A stretch of DNA of 64,000 bases from Candidatus Latescibacterota bacterium (GCA_965217585.1 OZ244561.1:5472001-5536000), one strand, 5' to 3'; shown: positions 9,151-20,062, numbered from the stretch's first letter. Notes: generated by a model from the sequence alone, not told the origin. A program made the numbers and translations.

Positions 9151-10956
9151 TCAGTTCTCCATCGCCGGCTCGAAGCGAGACTCCAGCCGCTTCATCGCTT
9201 CTGCATCGTTGACGCCCACCAAAAGCCCTAGATCGCGCAGACGCCGCTCCAAGATCGTGCGATTCCTTTGCAGCAATTCGTTGGAGATCGTCATCCCCGA
9301 CGGGGCGATATCTACGTGAAATCCATAGCGTTCGCGCAATTCTTCGAGAAACTTCCCGAAAGAAAGAGCGCGGATGCCCGGTTTGTTGCCGCTTTTCAAT
9401 AAGTGAAGATGGACCAGATAATCCAGCACCAAATCGGTGAATACGAGAGAACGAACGTCGCGTCTCCTGCGCGTTGTGTTTCCCCCAAGACCGCGCGTCG
9501 TCGTCCTCTTGGCCGCCAGCCCGTTTGGACGCCCGGTAAGCAAACTTGAGTCGATCATTCCGATAAAATTGAGACGAGGCTTCCGCCCCATCAGTACCAT
9601 CAATCCATCGGCAAGCCGCCAGACCGGATTGGGCTGGTTGTCAACATTACCCAGAATTTCCGTAGCCTCGGGATAATCGTCCTCTAGTTTCTCGGCCAGC
9701 CTTTCGGCCATGTCTTCAATGCTGTACCGGATTCGTTGCGCCTCCGAGTGGCGGCGGTTGTAAAGCAAGTCCCCCAACAAATTCAGCCAATCAGTGGCAT
9801 ACGGTCGGGTAGCAATATCCTCTTTTTTAATTTTCCGGTTGTTGCGCGCCTGATAATCCAGTAGCCGCAGTACCATCAGAATGCCAGAAAGGCGCTCCAT
9901 ACGCCGCATGTAGTCATCCATCGACTGCTCAGCCGCGTCCCGGATGCTTCGCTCGACCCCATTAGAGCAGTCGATGAACAAGGGAGCGGGGTGCTGTTCC
10001 TTTCGGGCCGGGACATCCCCCGTCTCCGACCACCGCAACAACAGTTCGACCGTGCTAGTAAGAATAGTCGTCAGACCTATGGCAACGCAGGATTCCAACA
10101 TCTCCACCAAGGCGTGGCGTGGCGCGGGCTCTGCATACGCGCGCACGAAGCGGCGGATGTCCTCGGAAAAGTTCCGTGCCGCTTGCTCAGCAATAGGGCG
10201 TTGATTGGAGATTGGGCCGCCCTCCTTACCACGCATCTTGTCCGGAGCCGCCTTGAGTTGCTGCGCGAGCCGGATCATCAACAGTTGGTCCAAGCCAACG
10301 ATGTGGGCTTCCTTGAACCGATCCGATGCCCAGTCACCCAATGATCCCTCGCGGGTAACGCCTTGGCTGAAAGCTCCCAGCAAAACGTTTTCCTCGTACT
10401 TCTTCCCTACCGGGAACCATGTTTTCTTATCGTCGCTCTGTCCGACGGACTCGCCCTTCTGATCGGCCAGCATGGCCACGATCATTTCGGGAACAAAGCG
10501 GAGATGCCCCACGTCTTGTGGAAGATCAACCCAGCTCGCCATGTAATGGGCCGGCGCGACCCGCTGGATTTGCTGGTCTCGCCCCAAACTGTGCCTAATG
10601 TTCTCAAGGCAGAAACAGAGCAGCAGGTCGCCAAGGATGGCTTTCTCGGGGTCGCCGTTAAAACCGTCCAACTCGCCTGTGCTGGAAAGCGTCTCTGCGA
10701 TGCGCTCTATGGTCGCTGATCGTCTTATTTGGCTAGGCGTAGGCGAGCCCTCTTTTTTTCCGAAGGTCTTTAGAAAATTCCCGCGCCCTCTGCGTTGGCC
10801 GAAGCGAAACATGTAGAAAATTGCGGGAAGAATCGAAGACAATGCGAATTCCTGCACCGAGACCGGCAACACCTTGTCGTAGTTACCCGACCAGATTTCT
10901 CGGGTCGTGCCGGGAGACAGTACGTCTTCGACGAGTTTGCGGGCATTATCAGCCAT
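9151..10956 (-). CDS. 601-aa protein, Mad7/DndG-like
   Basis: Middle gene of the trio. C-terminus FLEELRERYG...LRDLGLLVGVNDA resembles the DndG/Mad7 winged-helix tail. Confidence 0.65.
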   Translation of the reverse strand: MADNARKLVEDVLSPGTTREIWSGNYDKVLPVSVQEFALSSILPAIFYMFRFGQRRGRGNFLKTFGKKEGSPTPSQIRRSATIERIAETLSSTGELDGFNGDPEKAILGDLLLCFCLENIRHSLGRDQQIQRVAPAHYMASWVDLPQDVGHLRFVPEMIVAMLADQKGESVGQSDDKKTWFPVGKKYEENVLLGAFSQGVTREGSLGDWASDRFKEAHIVGLDQLLMIRLAQQLKAAPDKMRGKEGGPISNQRPIAEQAARNFSEDIRRFVRAYAEPAPRHALVEMLESCVAIGLTTILTSTVELLLRWSETGDVPARKEQHPAPLFIDCSNGVERSIRDAAEQSMDDYMRRMERLSGILMVLRLLDYQARNNRKIKKEDIATRPYATDWLNLLGDLLYNRRHSEAQRIRYSIEDMAERLAEKLEDDYPEATEILGNVDNQPNPVWRLADGLMVLMGRKPRLNFIGMIDSSLLTGRPNGLAAKRTTTRGLGGNTTRRRRDVRSLVFTDLVLDYLVHLHLLKSGNKPGIRALSFGKFLEELRERYGFHVDIAPSGMTISNELLQRNRTILERRLRDLGLLVGVNDAEAMKRLESRFEPAMEN

Positions 10957-10963
10957 TTGTCAT

Positions 10964-13900
10964 CTACTCCTCCAGTCGCCGAATAATCATCTGTTGCTGA
11001 ACGCTGGCCCTGACACCTTCGACGATCTCCGCAGCAACCTCGTAGATCGCCTCGTCCTGCATTGGATTCCAAGCCAGTACCTTGCGGTCATCCTCGCGCA
11101 CCAACCGCTGTACAAAGATTGACAAGTGAGCAAAGGTGTCATCAGTCGAAACATCGCCCAACTGGTAGCCATCACTTAGCTCTAGCAGCAGGTGAAACAA
11201 ATCGGCACCGAGGCGGAGACTCTCTGGTCTCCGTCCATCTCGATAGTGGTATCTCAAAAAGGCTTGGCGATGCAGGTGGTCAAGTCCCTCAACTTCGGCA
11301 GGCAGATCAGCTTCAAGCCGAAAGTTGATCAGTGGCCTCTCCACCCAGAACGCCGTTTCCGTGGGGGTGCGAGGTGTGATGCGTAGCGGGACGACATTGA
11401 GGCGGTCAACTCGGTCAACTGCTTGGGGCGGCAGACTTTCCAAATGCACAATCCCCTCGCACAGCCTTCGGCAAAGATCGTCGAGATCACCTTCGGCGAT
11501 GGGGAGATTGCTGAACTCCCGATAATGCCGCGCTTGAGCCAAGCCGAGGGCGTGAGGATATACGGCGAGCGCGGCGATGTTGTCTTCGGTCCATTCAAAG
11601 TAAGCCCGCCGACGCGCCGATTTCAGCGTCAACTCAGGATAATGGGGAGCACCTCCCGAGGTATCAACAGAGGGAGTTCGCAGCAGGTGTCGATCAATCT
11701 GAGGATGGGCTTCAAGAGCCGGGTCAAAACGAATTAGCTCTTGCAAAACTTCTCCCTGTCGCCCCGGCGACTCCGGCGAAAAGGCACGTTCCCAATAGGA
11801 CAACGGAGCGTCCACACCACCGTGATAGTCGCTACAGAAGTGAACGCCGAACAGGATATATACCAGTGCGGCCCGCAGTTCGCGGACGGTGATATGGGTT
11901 TCGCCGCGCAGGTGAACGGCTTGCAACATCTCAAATAGTCGGTGCCGAGCGCGCTCACGCTCCTCTTGCGGGGCCATGCCGGGAAGCCCTTTGGGGCCAA
12001 ACCGCCGCATGGCGCGGCGAACCTCACATCGGTCTTGAGCCAAGCATGTCTCGCAGGGTGCCCAAATCTGGGGGGCCTTCTCTCTGCCGTAGAGACTATC
12101 TAGCAGATCATCGAGAAAGCTGGTTTCAATGTCCGATTCACTTGGCACAACGCTTCCAACAAGCGAACGTTGGTTGAGGCTTATGAAGCGGATATGCGAT
12201 TCGGAGGCGGATTCTTCACCGTTGAGCAGGTCGTAGAGAGCCTGTGTCAACGGCGTTTCTCCTTCGACTCCATCAATCCACTCCAAGAGACGCCCATCGT
12301 TGATCGCCAGAAGATGGACAATGTCCTCCGCGGGCACACCTTTTTGGAACGGCTCCAAGAATTCACCCAAAAGCGCATCCGCGGAACGTCCCTGCCACGA
12401 CGCCGACCCATCAAGATTCATGCGGACGAGCAGGCCATCGTCCATCTGATTCTCCAGAATACGCTCTGAGGAATCGTGTATGCCAAACCCAAGACGACCG
12501 GCAAGGTGCTGAAGCAACGCGGTTTTCCCGTCTCCGGCGTTACCGCATAAGATGACGAGCCGAACTTTTCGACGCAGAATATCGTGATACAGCGCGTCTT
12601 CAAGAGGGGTTTCAACGTAGGTTTGCGCGGCGAACTTCGTGTCGAGGCCACGGGTCTCGCTATTGCCCCAACGTGAACCTGGATAGGATTGCAGCAAGGA
12701 TTGCAGCCAAGGCACCTCGTTCTCGCTGTGAACGACAGATTCAGATCTCGGCTCTATGGCATCACCACCGCCCTCGTCAACAGGTTCATCAGTGTCCGTA
12801 TGCCGAGGTGGACTCAAAGCGGCCTTTGCTTCAGCCGCAGACGCAAATCGCTGCTCTGGGTCGGGGTGTGTCGCCTGCTCCAGAAATGCGGCGACGGTTG
12901 GGTAATCCTCGCGCTCGATGCCCTCCCAGTTCAAGCCGCGTTCCTTCGCTCGGCTACCATTGTACATAAACGGCTCTTTTTCAAAAAGCACTTGAAAGAA
13001 GCTCGCAGCCAATGCAAAGAAGTCGTCCGCAGGCGCAGCCAAGCGGTTTTCGAGATGTGTATGCGGGCTATACATGACGGTGCCGGGAGCGGTGACCGAC
13101 TCACCGATTTTGGCTACGCAGTCGTAATCCGTCAAAACAATCTCGCTATCGGCAACAATCAGGTTGCGAGGGCTGACATCGCCATGGACCAAGCCGTTGC
13201 GATGCAGAACGTCCAACGCATCGCAAACCGTTCGCAGCCAACGTAACGCCAGTGCCTCCCCCGATTCTTCGTGGAAGTCTTCGGAGAGAATCGGGAGGAC
13301 ACCAGCTAGTTCGCTCAAAGGTTCACCTGCGATCCACTGCATCAAAGCAACGAAGTCGTTGTCGCGCCATCCCTCCGCCGTTTCGAATATGGTCGAAAGT
13401 GCTGCCGAATCAGCGAGGTGCGAATGCGCCAGATTGTATGCCTGAAGGACTCGCCGACCTATTTCTTCGTCGCTGACCACTTTGGCGACGTAGGCACCGA
13501 GATCGCCGCCGGTCTCGTCATCGATCCTCACCACCTTGAACGTGGTTCCGACCCCGCCGGAACCGAGACGCGAAACGATTCGGTAATCCCGGTCGCGAAA
13601 CTTCACAATCTGATCTTCGGTCCAAAATCGAGCCGGTGGCGCGACGACTGCCGGCAGTTCGCCCAGTAGGTCCGACAACGAATCGCGGAGTTTTTCCAAT
13701 GTAGTTCGCTCCGCCGGATCGTCCGCGCTACCTCCGACCAGCGGCTAGCCTCCAAACTGTCGTCATCGTCTCGTTTCGCGAACAGCACGGACAGACTCGC
13801 GCACAACGAATACACATCGGACTGACGATCTGCCGCCCCAAGGCCCTGCTTGCGAATCTCGGGTGCCACCGCAACGTCCCACTCGTCCTCTGCGCTGCCG

Positions 13901-14964
13901 GAGACCGCCACCGTGACATCGTCGGGAATTCGGGCGTACTGGAAACCTGTTAAGATCGGCGTATTGTCATGTCTGACGAGAATCGTTCCCGGCTTGAGGT
14001 TCCGGTGCAGCATGGATTCCTCGCCTTCACCCGCTTCGTGCAACTCCCTCAATGCTTCTACTGCTTGCCGAGCGAAGGATAGTCGCGCCTTCGTATCCCA
14101 AGTGTCGTCGGCGGCGCGTTGCTCAACACTAGGGGCCGCCGGGTCTGCGACCGTGAAGAACCACATCTCGCCAGCGTATCCCGGTGCTTCTTGGAATGAA
14201 TCGACAATGCGCGGTGCCCAAGCGTGAAGTTGCAGCCGGTGGAGCGCGTCAAATTCTCGCCGCGCCCGGTCCTCCGGATTCGGTAGGTCGGTCGCCGACA
14301 CATCGTAGAGGTGCAGAAGTACAGAATCTCGACGTGTAGAGTGCGTACCCCGGTAAATTCGATGAAATCGCTCCTCCGCAGACGTCTGGAGCGTCAGATT
14401 GACATAGCCAGCCAAGCGTCTCAGCGCACCGTCTATAGCCACACTGGCCTTCGGGTACAAAGCATTGCCTAGCATTTTGACTTGCGACGGCGCTAGGAAC
14501 ACCGGCGCATCCAGTGCCAAAGCATCTTGCCAAGATCTCAACGTGTGGAACCGAACTCCCCGAACATCCCGTCCCTCAAGCGGCTTGACTTTCGCGGCAT
14601 CCTGCGTGACCAAAAACACCCCATCTACTCGGCCGATTTCCGAGATCATCCGGCGCAAGGTGGTACCAACCTTGCGAGCCTTATCCGCTACGCGTTCGGC
14701 TTCGCGCTCCACAAGTTCAGCGTTCCGATTCACCCAAGCCGCGTTCCAGTGCTTGATTTCAATGACCCGAACTCCGGGTGGGCCAATGGCGACAATGTCG
14801 ATTTCGTCTGATTGGCGACGATGGGTGGTGGAAAACGAGAGGTTCGTCAACAACACCCACTCGCCATCGCCCAATTTGGAAATCAGACCCGTCTTGATCT
14901 GTTCAAAGGCTCTGCGCTCGCTCTCGTTGGCGACCGGGCCGCAGCTAATGAGGGTTACTTTCAT
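10964..14964 (-). pseudogene. NERD nuclease + two kinase domains + P-loop ATPase (Mad6-like; PglW-like N-terminus, DndF-like C-terminus), frameshifted near 13745
   Basis: ORF from 14964 has NERD (EIDIVAI..VIEIKHW) and a degenerate kinase (HRNLKP, LTGFQ). ORF 10964..13699 has LGSGGVG, HGDVSPRN and CGNAGDGKT. The kinase subdomain XI (DDPAERTTLEKL) lies in the downstream frame just before its TTG start. Confidence 0.8.
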
Positions 14965-15382
14965 GTATATCTTCTTCCCGTTCTTCCCAAGGCGGGATAA
15001 CGATCTCACACTTGGGCCGCTGGCACGGCTGAGCCTTCTGTCCAGCGTCATCAGTGGACAGCCAGTCTCCTCAGCCAAGGCCACGTACCAAGCATCGTAA
15101 CTGGTCAAGTGTGCTACGCAATGCCCATACGCGCTCGGCAAACGGCGCAAAAGGGAATAACGCAATATCGAGCTGCAGCAGATCCCTGTGTGCGCTTGTA
15201 GCCTCAAGTCGTGCGACTTCGCCGGATATTTCCAACCGGCGCAATATGTTGCTGGCTTCGACTAAGGCCAACTCCGGAGCGATCAGAGAACCTTCTGCAA
15301 TAGCTGCTTCCGCCCACTGGCCTGCGCGGCCCAAGTCCACAAGTGCCGAGACGAGCACGGACGAATCAACAACAACAGTCAC
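14946..15382 (-). pseudogene. vapC: VapC-type PIN toxin, frameshifted
   Basis: VVVDSSVLV N-terminus. Frame changes near 15112 before LTSYDAWYVALAE...MTLDRRL, and probably again near 15014. Confidence 0.8.
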
Positions 15383-15615
15383 GTTCTATCGGCATCCCGA
15401 GCTTGTAGAATACTGGACGGACGGACGCGGGTTCCCGCCGCTTCCTTGCGCTCGCGAACCCCGTGCAGCCATTCGCTGATCGAGGGACGAGACGCGATTC
15501 GTTCCAACTCGTCGCGGAGGAATGCCTGCATAGATTGGTGTTGCTGGGCGGCGCGGACGGCCAACGCGTCGCGCACTTCTTCCGGGACATCTCTTATGGT
15601 GATTTGTACTGGCAT
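15379..15615 (-). CDS. Ribbon-helix-helix antitoxin (FitA/VapB-like)
   Basis: ITIRDVPEEVRDALAVRAAQQHQSMQAFL. GTGA overlap with the PIN gene. Confidence 0.85.
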   Translation of the reverse strand: MPVQITIRDVPEEVRDALAVRAAQQHQSMQAFLRDELERIASRPSISEWLHGVRERKEAAGTRVRPSSILQARDADRT

Positions 15616-15696
15616 GACAGCGTTATATCCTCGTTGAGTTTCTTCCTATCGGGGTGCCGATCTCGCACGGGAAGGACGAGGGAAACCCCCCCGCTC

Positions 15697-16515
15697 CTAA
15701 ACGGCAATTCGCTTTTCTCCGGTATATACATTAAATCCCCGCCCGCGCAAAAATCCCAACAGCGTTATCCCCGATTCCCGCGCCAGATCCACCGCCAAAC
15801 TCGACGGCGCGGATACAGCGGCGACCACCGCAATCCCCGCCATCCGCGCCTTCTGTATAATCTCAAAGCTGGTGCGCCCGCTGACCATCAGCACGCTCTT
15901 GGCTGGCACCGGCGCGTTGCGCAGCGCGTAGTGACCGATGAGCTTGTCCACTGCGTTGTGCCGGCCCACGTCCTCGCGCAGGACGAGCAAGTCGCCCGCC
16001 TGGTCAAACAATGCCGCCGCGTGCAACGAGCCGGTCTGCTCGAATACATCCTGTGCCTGGCGCATGCGGTCGCCGAGGCCGTAGAGTAGGGATAGCGGCA
16101 CGGTAAAATCTTCCAGCAGCGCGGAGGCCTCGCAGGTTATGGCCTCGATGCTGGCCTTGCCGCAGACTCCGCAACTCGACGAGGCGTAGAAGTTGCGCTG
16201 GAACCGCTGCCGATCAAAGTCCACGCCAGCGGCCAGCCTGACCTCGACGATATTCTCCTCGTTGGGTGGCTCCGCAGCCGTGCAGTACGAAATCGCGCCC
16301 AGCTCCTGCGGCGATTTGATCAGGCCCTCGGTACACAAGAAGCCAGCCGCCAGCTCAAAGTCGTGGCGCGGGGTGCGCATCACCACCGCGATCGGCGTCT
16401 CCTCCACGCGGATCTCCAGCGGCTCCTCGACCGTTACCTGGTCATCTTCGACCGCTTTGTCCGCCTCGCGGAAGCGCCAGATCGGCCGCTGCGTCACCCG
16501 CTGCTGCCGCTCCAT
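15697..16515 (-). CDS. fdhD: Formate dehydrogenase accessory sulfurtransferase FdhD
   Basis: MRTP..DFELAAGF, SSCGVCGK, EDVGRHNAVDK, VSAPSSLA. Confidence 0.95.
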   Translation of the reverse strand: MERQQRVTQRPIWRFREADKAVEDDQVTVEEPLEIRVEETPIAVVMRTPRHDFELAAGFLCTEGLIKSPQELGAISYCTAAEPPNEENIVEVRLAAGVDFDRQRFQRNFYASSSCGVCGKASIEAITCEASALLEDFTVPLSLLYGLGDRMRQAQDVFEQTGSLHAAALFDQAGDLLVLREDVGRHNAVDKLIGHYALRNAPVPAKSVLMVSGRTSFEIIQKARMAGIAVVAAVSAPSSLAVDLARESGITLLGFLRGRGFNVYTGEKRIAV

Positions 16516-17939
16516 CACATCGGCCCTACGCGCCGGGGGCCCCGGTCCATCGCCAGCATCGACGCGTCGAAACTCTTTTGCATCAACTCCAACTTGAGCG
16601 GCTGCGCTTGCGGCTCGTCCCACATGTTTTCGAACTCATCTGGGTCCTCTTCCAAGTCGTACAGCTCTCCCAAATCGTGCCCGTGGTAGAGCACTAACTT
16701 GTAGCGCTCGTCGCGGTACATAGTGGCAAAGGTGCCATCGGGCGCGTCCAAGGCATCGTAGTACTCGCAGCGGACGAAGTCGCGGTGGGGTGCTGCACTC
16801 TCGCCGCGCAAAATCGGCAAGAGCGAACGGCCGGTCATCCGCTCCGGCACCTCTAGCCCGGCCAGCTCCAAAAGCGTCGGTGCCTTATCGGTCAACTCGA
16901 CCAGATCGCCGCGCACCAAGCCCTGCTCAAAGTGCCCCGGCCAAGAAAAAATCAGCGGCACCCGCACCAAGCCCTCGTAAAAGCGGCAACCCTTCTGGAT
17001 CAGCCCGTGGTCGCCGAGCATTTCGCCGTGGTCGGACGTAAAAATCACCACCGTATTGTCGCGCTGGCCCGTGTCTTCGAGCGCGGCCAGCATCCTGCCC
17101 ACTTGGTCGTCGATCTGCTTGATCATCGCGCAGTACGCCGCCTGCAACACGCGGGCATCGGCCCCAAGCGTCGGGCGGTCTTTGTGCAAGGGGTCGCGGA
17201 TATCGAGCTGGTCGGGCCGTCGTCCCTTGGATTGAAAATCAATCGCCGCCAGCTTTTCCTGTTGCGCCAAATCGCTGTCGGCAAACAGCGGCCCGGGCAT
17301 GGCTACCGGATCAAAGCGGTCGCGGTAGCTCTGCGGCGGATTGAACGGCGGGTGTGGGTCGTAGATGTTGACGCTGGCCAGCCAAGGGGCGTCGCGTTTT
17401 TGGCTCATAAACTCAATGGTTTTCTCAGCACACCACGTCGTCTGGTGGAACTCGGCCGGCAGGCCGTGGGGATATTGCTTCATCAGCTCGCCTAAGACTT
17501 CCCCCTTTTCCCGCACCCAATCCGCATAGCCGTGCCCCTGCGGCCAGTCGTCGCGGGGCGCGTGGCTGTATTCCCAGTAGCGATACCCGTCATTGACGCG
17601 CGGCTCAATGCGGCCATAGGCGCTGGCCAAGTGCAGCTTGCCAATTAGCCCGCAGTCGTACCCAGCCTCGGCCAACATCCGCGTAACCAGCGGCGGGTGG
17701 TCGGGAAAACTATCGAGGCCGTTGCCATTGATGTGGACGGCGCTGGCGTACTGGCCGGTGAGAAAACTCGCCCGGCTCGGCGTGCAGATCGGGCTTTGGC
17801 AATAGGCGTGGGTAAAGGCCACGCCCTCGGCGACTAGCTGATCGACGTGCGGTGTATCGACGTGGGCATAACCAAGCGCGCCAATCGTGTCGTAGCGCTG
17901 CTGATCCGTGCAGATCCAGAAGATGTTCGGAGGCGTCAT
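16515..17939 (-). CDS. Sulfatase-like hydrolase
   Basis: PNIFWICTDQQR, CTPSRAS (CxPSR), GKLHL, SDHGEMLGDH. Confidence 0.93.
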   Translation of the reverse strand: MTPPNIFWICTDQQRYDTIGALGYAHVDTPHVDQLVAEGVAFTHAYCQSPICTPSRASFLTGQYASAVHINGNGLDSFPDHPPLVTRMLAEAGYDCGLIGKLHLASAYGRIEPRVNDGYRYWEYSHAPRDDWPQGHGYADWVREKGEVLGELMKQYPHGLPAEFHQTTWCAEKTIEFMSQKRDAPWLASVNIYDPHPPFNPPQSYRDRFDPVAMPGPLFADSDLAQQEKLAAIDFQSKGRRPDQLDIRDPLHKDRPTLGADARVLQAAYCAMIKQIDDQVGRMLAALEDTGQRDNTVVIFTSDHGEMLGDHGLIQKGCRFYEGLVRVPLIFSWPGHFEQGLVRGDLVELTDKAPTLLELAGLEVPERMTGRSLLPILRGESAAPHRDFVRCEYYDALDAPDGTFATMYRDERYKLVLYHGHDLGELYDLEEDPDEFENMWDEPQAQPLKLELMQKSFDASMLAMDRGPRRVGPM

Positions 17940-18106
17940 GACGGAAGTGTCCTTTATCAGGCTAAGTCTCTTTTTTTTAATAAGTTACGACGCAGTACAA
18001 TAGGGCACAAGGAGCGATTAGCTGCCGTTGCTATTACCATGACAAACGCAGGTCTGGGCCGTCAGACATATTACAATTTAGTGGGACGACGCAGCGTTGC
18101 TCTAAA

Positions 18107-18178
18107 TCCCAGCCCGACCATCGACGAACCACACTACTTGGTGATCGGTCGCATTACCGACAAGCATTGGTCCGCCGA
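18107..18178 (+). pseudogene. BrnT-family toxin fragment
   Basis: PSPTIDEPHYLVIGRITDKHWSA resembles the BrnT core (..DEPRxLVIGxIxxKHWSAV..). Confidence 0.5.
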
Positions 18179-18400
18179 AACATCGACAACGACCATACCG
18201 TTTTTCCCTACATCGGCTACTACGGCACTAACAGATTTTGGCTCGGGTAATGGCGGCCAGCCGAAGGAAACGTCGATCCCGTCGGGCGTAGTTCGCGCTA
18301 CATTGGTTATCAGGCTTGCCTAACCTCAACCTCGTCCTCATGGTACCAACCGCGTGATGCCTTACGGTTCCCTCTACGACAGCTTCACTTGACGTAATGC
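18179..18400 (+). pseudogene. Fragment of a PtuA/Septu-like AAA ATPase with internal stop
   Basis: Manual translation VFPYIGYYGTNRFWLG*...SSRYIGYQACL resembles the YYGTGRLW..SRxxGYxxCL segment of these ATPases. Confidence 0.4.
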
Positions 18401-18412
18401 CGTCTACAGCGA

Positions 18413-18960
18413 TTATGCTGCCTCCTCTTTCCTATATCGATCACTTTTGAACTTCTCCGCAAACTCCACGGCAGCCTGCCCCTTTGGATGACACTCTGAG
18501 TGGACGAGTACGCCGTTAGATAGGTTGGTAGCTCCACCCTTTGAGTGCTCTTCGACATGGTGGTACTCCGCTTCTTCCCACAGAACTTCGCTCCTACAAA
18601 CAGCGCAAAGCTTCTCGTCGCGATGATAAATTAGTTCGCGCTCAATCTTACCGAATTTGCGTCTGGGATCTTTAGGAACAGGATGGAGCTCTTCCCGCAT
18701 CTTGTATGCGAAGAACTCATGCCGCCGTTGAATGGTGTCTGCGCGATCAGAATTCACGCGGGTTTGCTGGCCATACCTCAACCAGTATTCGTTGGGGACA
18801 TCGTCATTCCGCGTCAGCTTGGCCTTCGTTAAATTCTCGCGAAACCGGTCAAACGCAACAGCAAAATTATTCTCCCATGATCGGGTATAATCGTCAAGAA
18901 GGGCATCCATGAGCAACATGAGATGGATAGCTTCATGTGCGAGCAACTTTTTCCGTTTCC
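18413..18960 (-). pseudogene. HNH endonuclease C-terminal part (likely from a DUF262-HNH gene), 5'-truncated
   Basis: CAVC...EYHHVEEHSKGGATNLSNGVLVHSECH. No credible start codon; low GC. Confidence 0.7.
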
Positions 18961-19029
18961 TTCTTTAGTGTAAGGATTTTAAGATCCTCTAAGCTATGAG
19001 GTGGCCTTGTCGCGCGAACTCAACACCCC

Positions 19030-19977
19030 CTACGGCAAAAACTGCGCCACAGCCGCGCTGCGCCACTGCATCTGTTGCGCGGTCGTCTCGTGCGGCTTGA
19101 AGGCGCGGGCGACCTCGGCAATCGGCACGCCCCGCATCTCGATCCGCTCCAACTCGGCCACTCCGTAGCCCAAGGTGTCGGCGTAGTGCAAAAGGCCCAG
19201 TTCCATCGGCTCAAAGCCCATGGCCTTGGCCATGACCGCATCCACGGCAAACACATCGGCTGACGCCGCGGCCGCACCCATAGGCACCGCATCGGTTCCC
19301 CCAGGGCCATTGCCCTGCAAGCCCACTGTGCCATCGACGATCCCGATGTCCGGCTTGAGATACTGGGCCAAGCGGATCAAGTTCACGTTGAGCACCTCGG
19401 CTTCGCTGGGCAACACGCGCTCGGCATGCGAGGGATAGCCGTGCATCTTGATGCGATCCTCTTTGTGCAGCGTCCCCATAATCATGTTCTTCTGCGCCAA
19501 AGTAACCACGCACACGTCGTGGGTCTTGGCCACGGCCACCGAGATGGTGCAGGGGCATTCGAGGACCACACTCGGCATCCGCACGGTCGCCGCGACGCCG
19601 CCGGCCATGTAAATCGCCGTCTCTTCCCACCGCGTCTCCTGATGCAGATCGACCAAGCGAATCGGCACCGGATATTCTTCGATTAGTGCGTCATAGCCGA
19701 AGTTGGCAAACGCCTCGCCGGAAAACTTCTCGTTGCCGCCTTCGGCAATGACGATCTCCTCGGGCGGCTGCGCCGTACTCAGCAAAAAGTCGATGGCACC
19801 GCGCATGGCGTCGGCGTGGGTCGAGGCGAGGGGATTTTCGCTAGACAGGAAATTCGGCTTGAGCATCACTTGGGCGGTTAGCTTTGGCTCGACGTCCTCG
19901 CGCACCAAATTTAGCGCTTGATATACGTTGGCTTGCCGCGCACCGGCGCGGGCCAAACCCACTCGGGCTGTATTCAT
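19030..19977 (-). CDS. DUF362 domain protein
   Basis: VMLKPNF, IAEG, KTHD..VTLAQKN, DGTVGLQGNGP, DVFAVD. Confidence 0.85.
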   Translation of the reverse strand: MNTARVGLARAGARQANVYQALNLVREDVEPKLTAQVMLKPNFLSSENPLASTHADAMRGAIDFLLSTAQPPEEIVIAEGGNEKFSGEAFANFGYDALIEEYPVPIRLVDLHQETRWEETAIYMAGGVAATVRMPSVVLECPCTISVAVAKTHDVCVVTLAQKNMIMGTLHKEDRIKMHGYPSHAERVLPSEAEVLNVNLIRLAQYLKPDIGIVDGTVGLQGNGPGGTDAVPMGAAAASADVFAVDAVMAKAMGFEPMELGLLHYADTLGYGVAELERIEMRGVPIAEVARAFKPHETTAQQMQWRSAAVAQFLP

Positions 19978-20062
19978 ATCGCATGTCTCCTTGGTTGATG
20001 ATGCCTTGCCCGCTTTCTGGCCCCAATGTATCATTTCTCTTTTCTGCAATCAATCTACGCCT

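Larger units (their letters stand above)
4063..15799. mobile_element. Defence island integrated at the fdhD 3' end (no integrase inside)
   Basis: Flanking 103-bp direct repeats, lower GC than neighbouring genes, and only defence/TA cargo. Confidence 0.85.

Noticed and set aside
10964-14964. BREX type 2 / Pgl system suggested by the PglW-like NERD-kinase
   Set aside because: No PglX, PglY or PglZ genes. Downstream genes and the GNAGDGK ATPase fit the Mad6-8/DndFGH layout better.
13603-15207. ORF-track 534-aa protein as a genuine PIN-NERD-kinase fusion
   Set aside because: The N-terminal extension is the frameshifted vapC tail. The real start is most likely MKVTLI at 14964.
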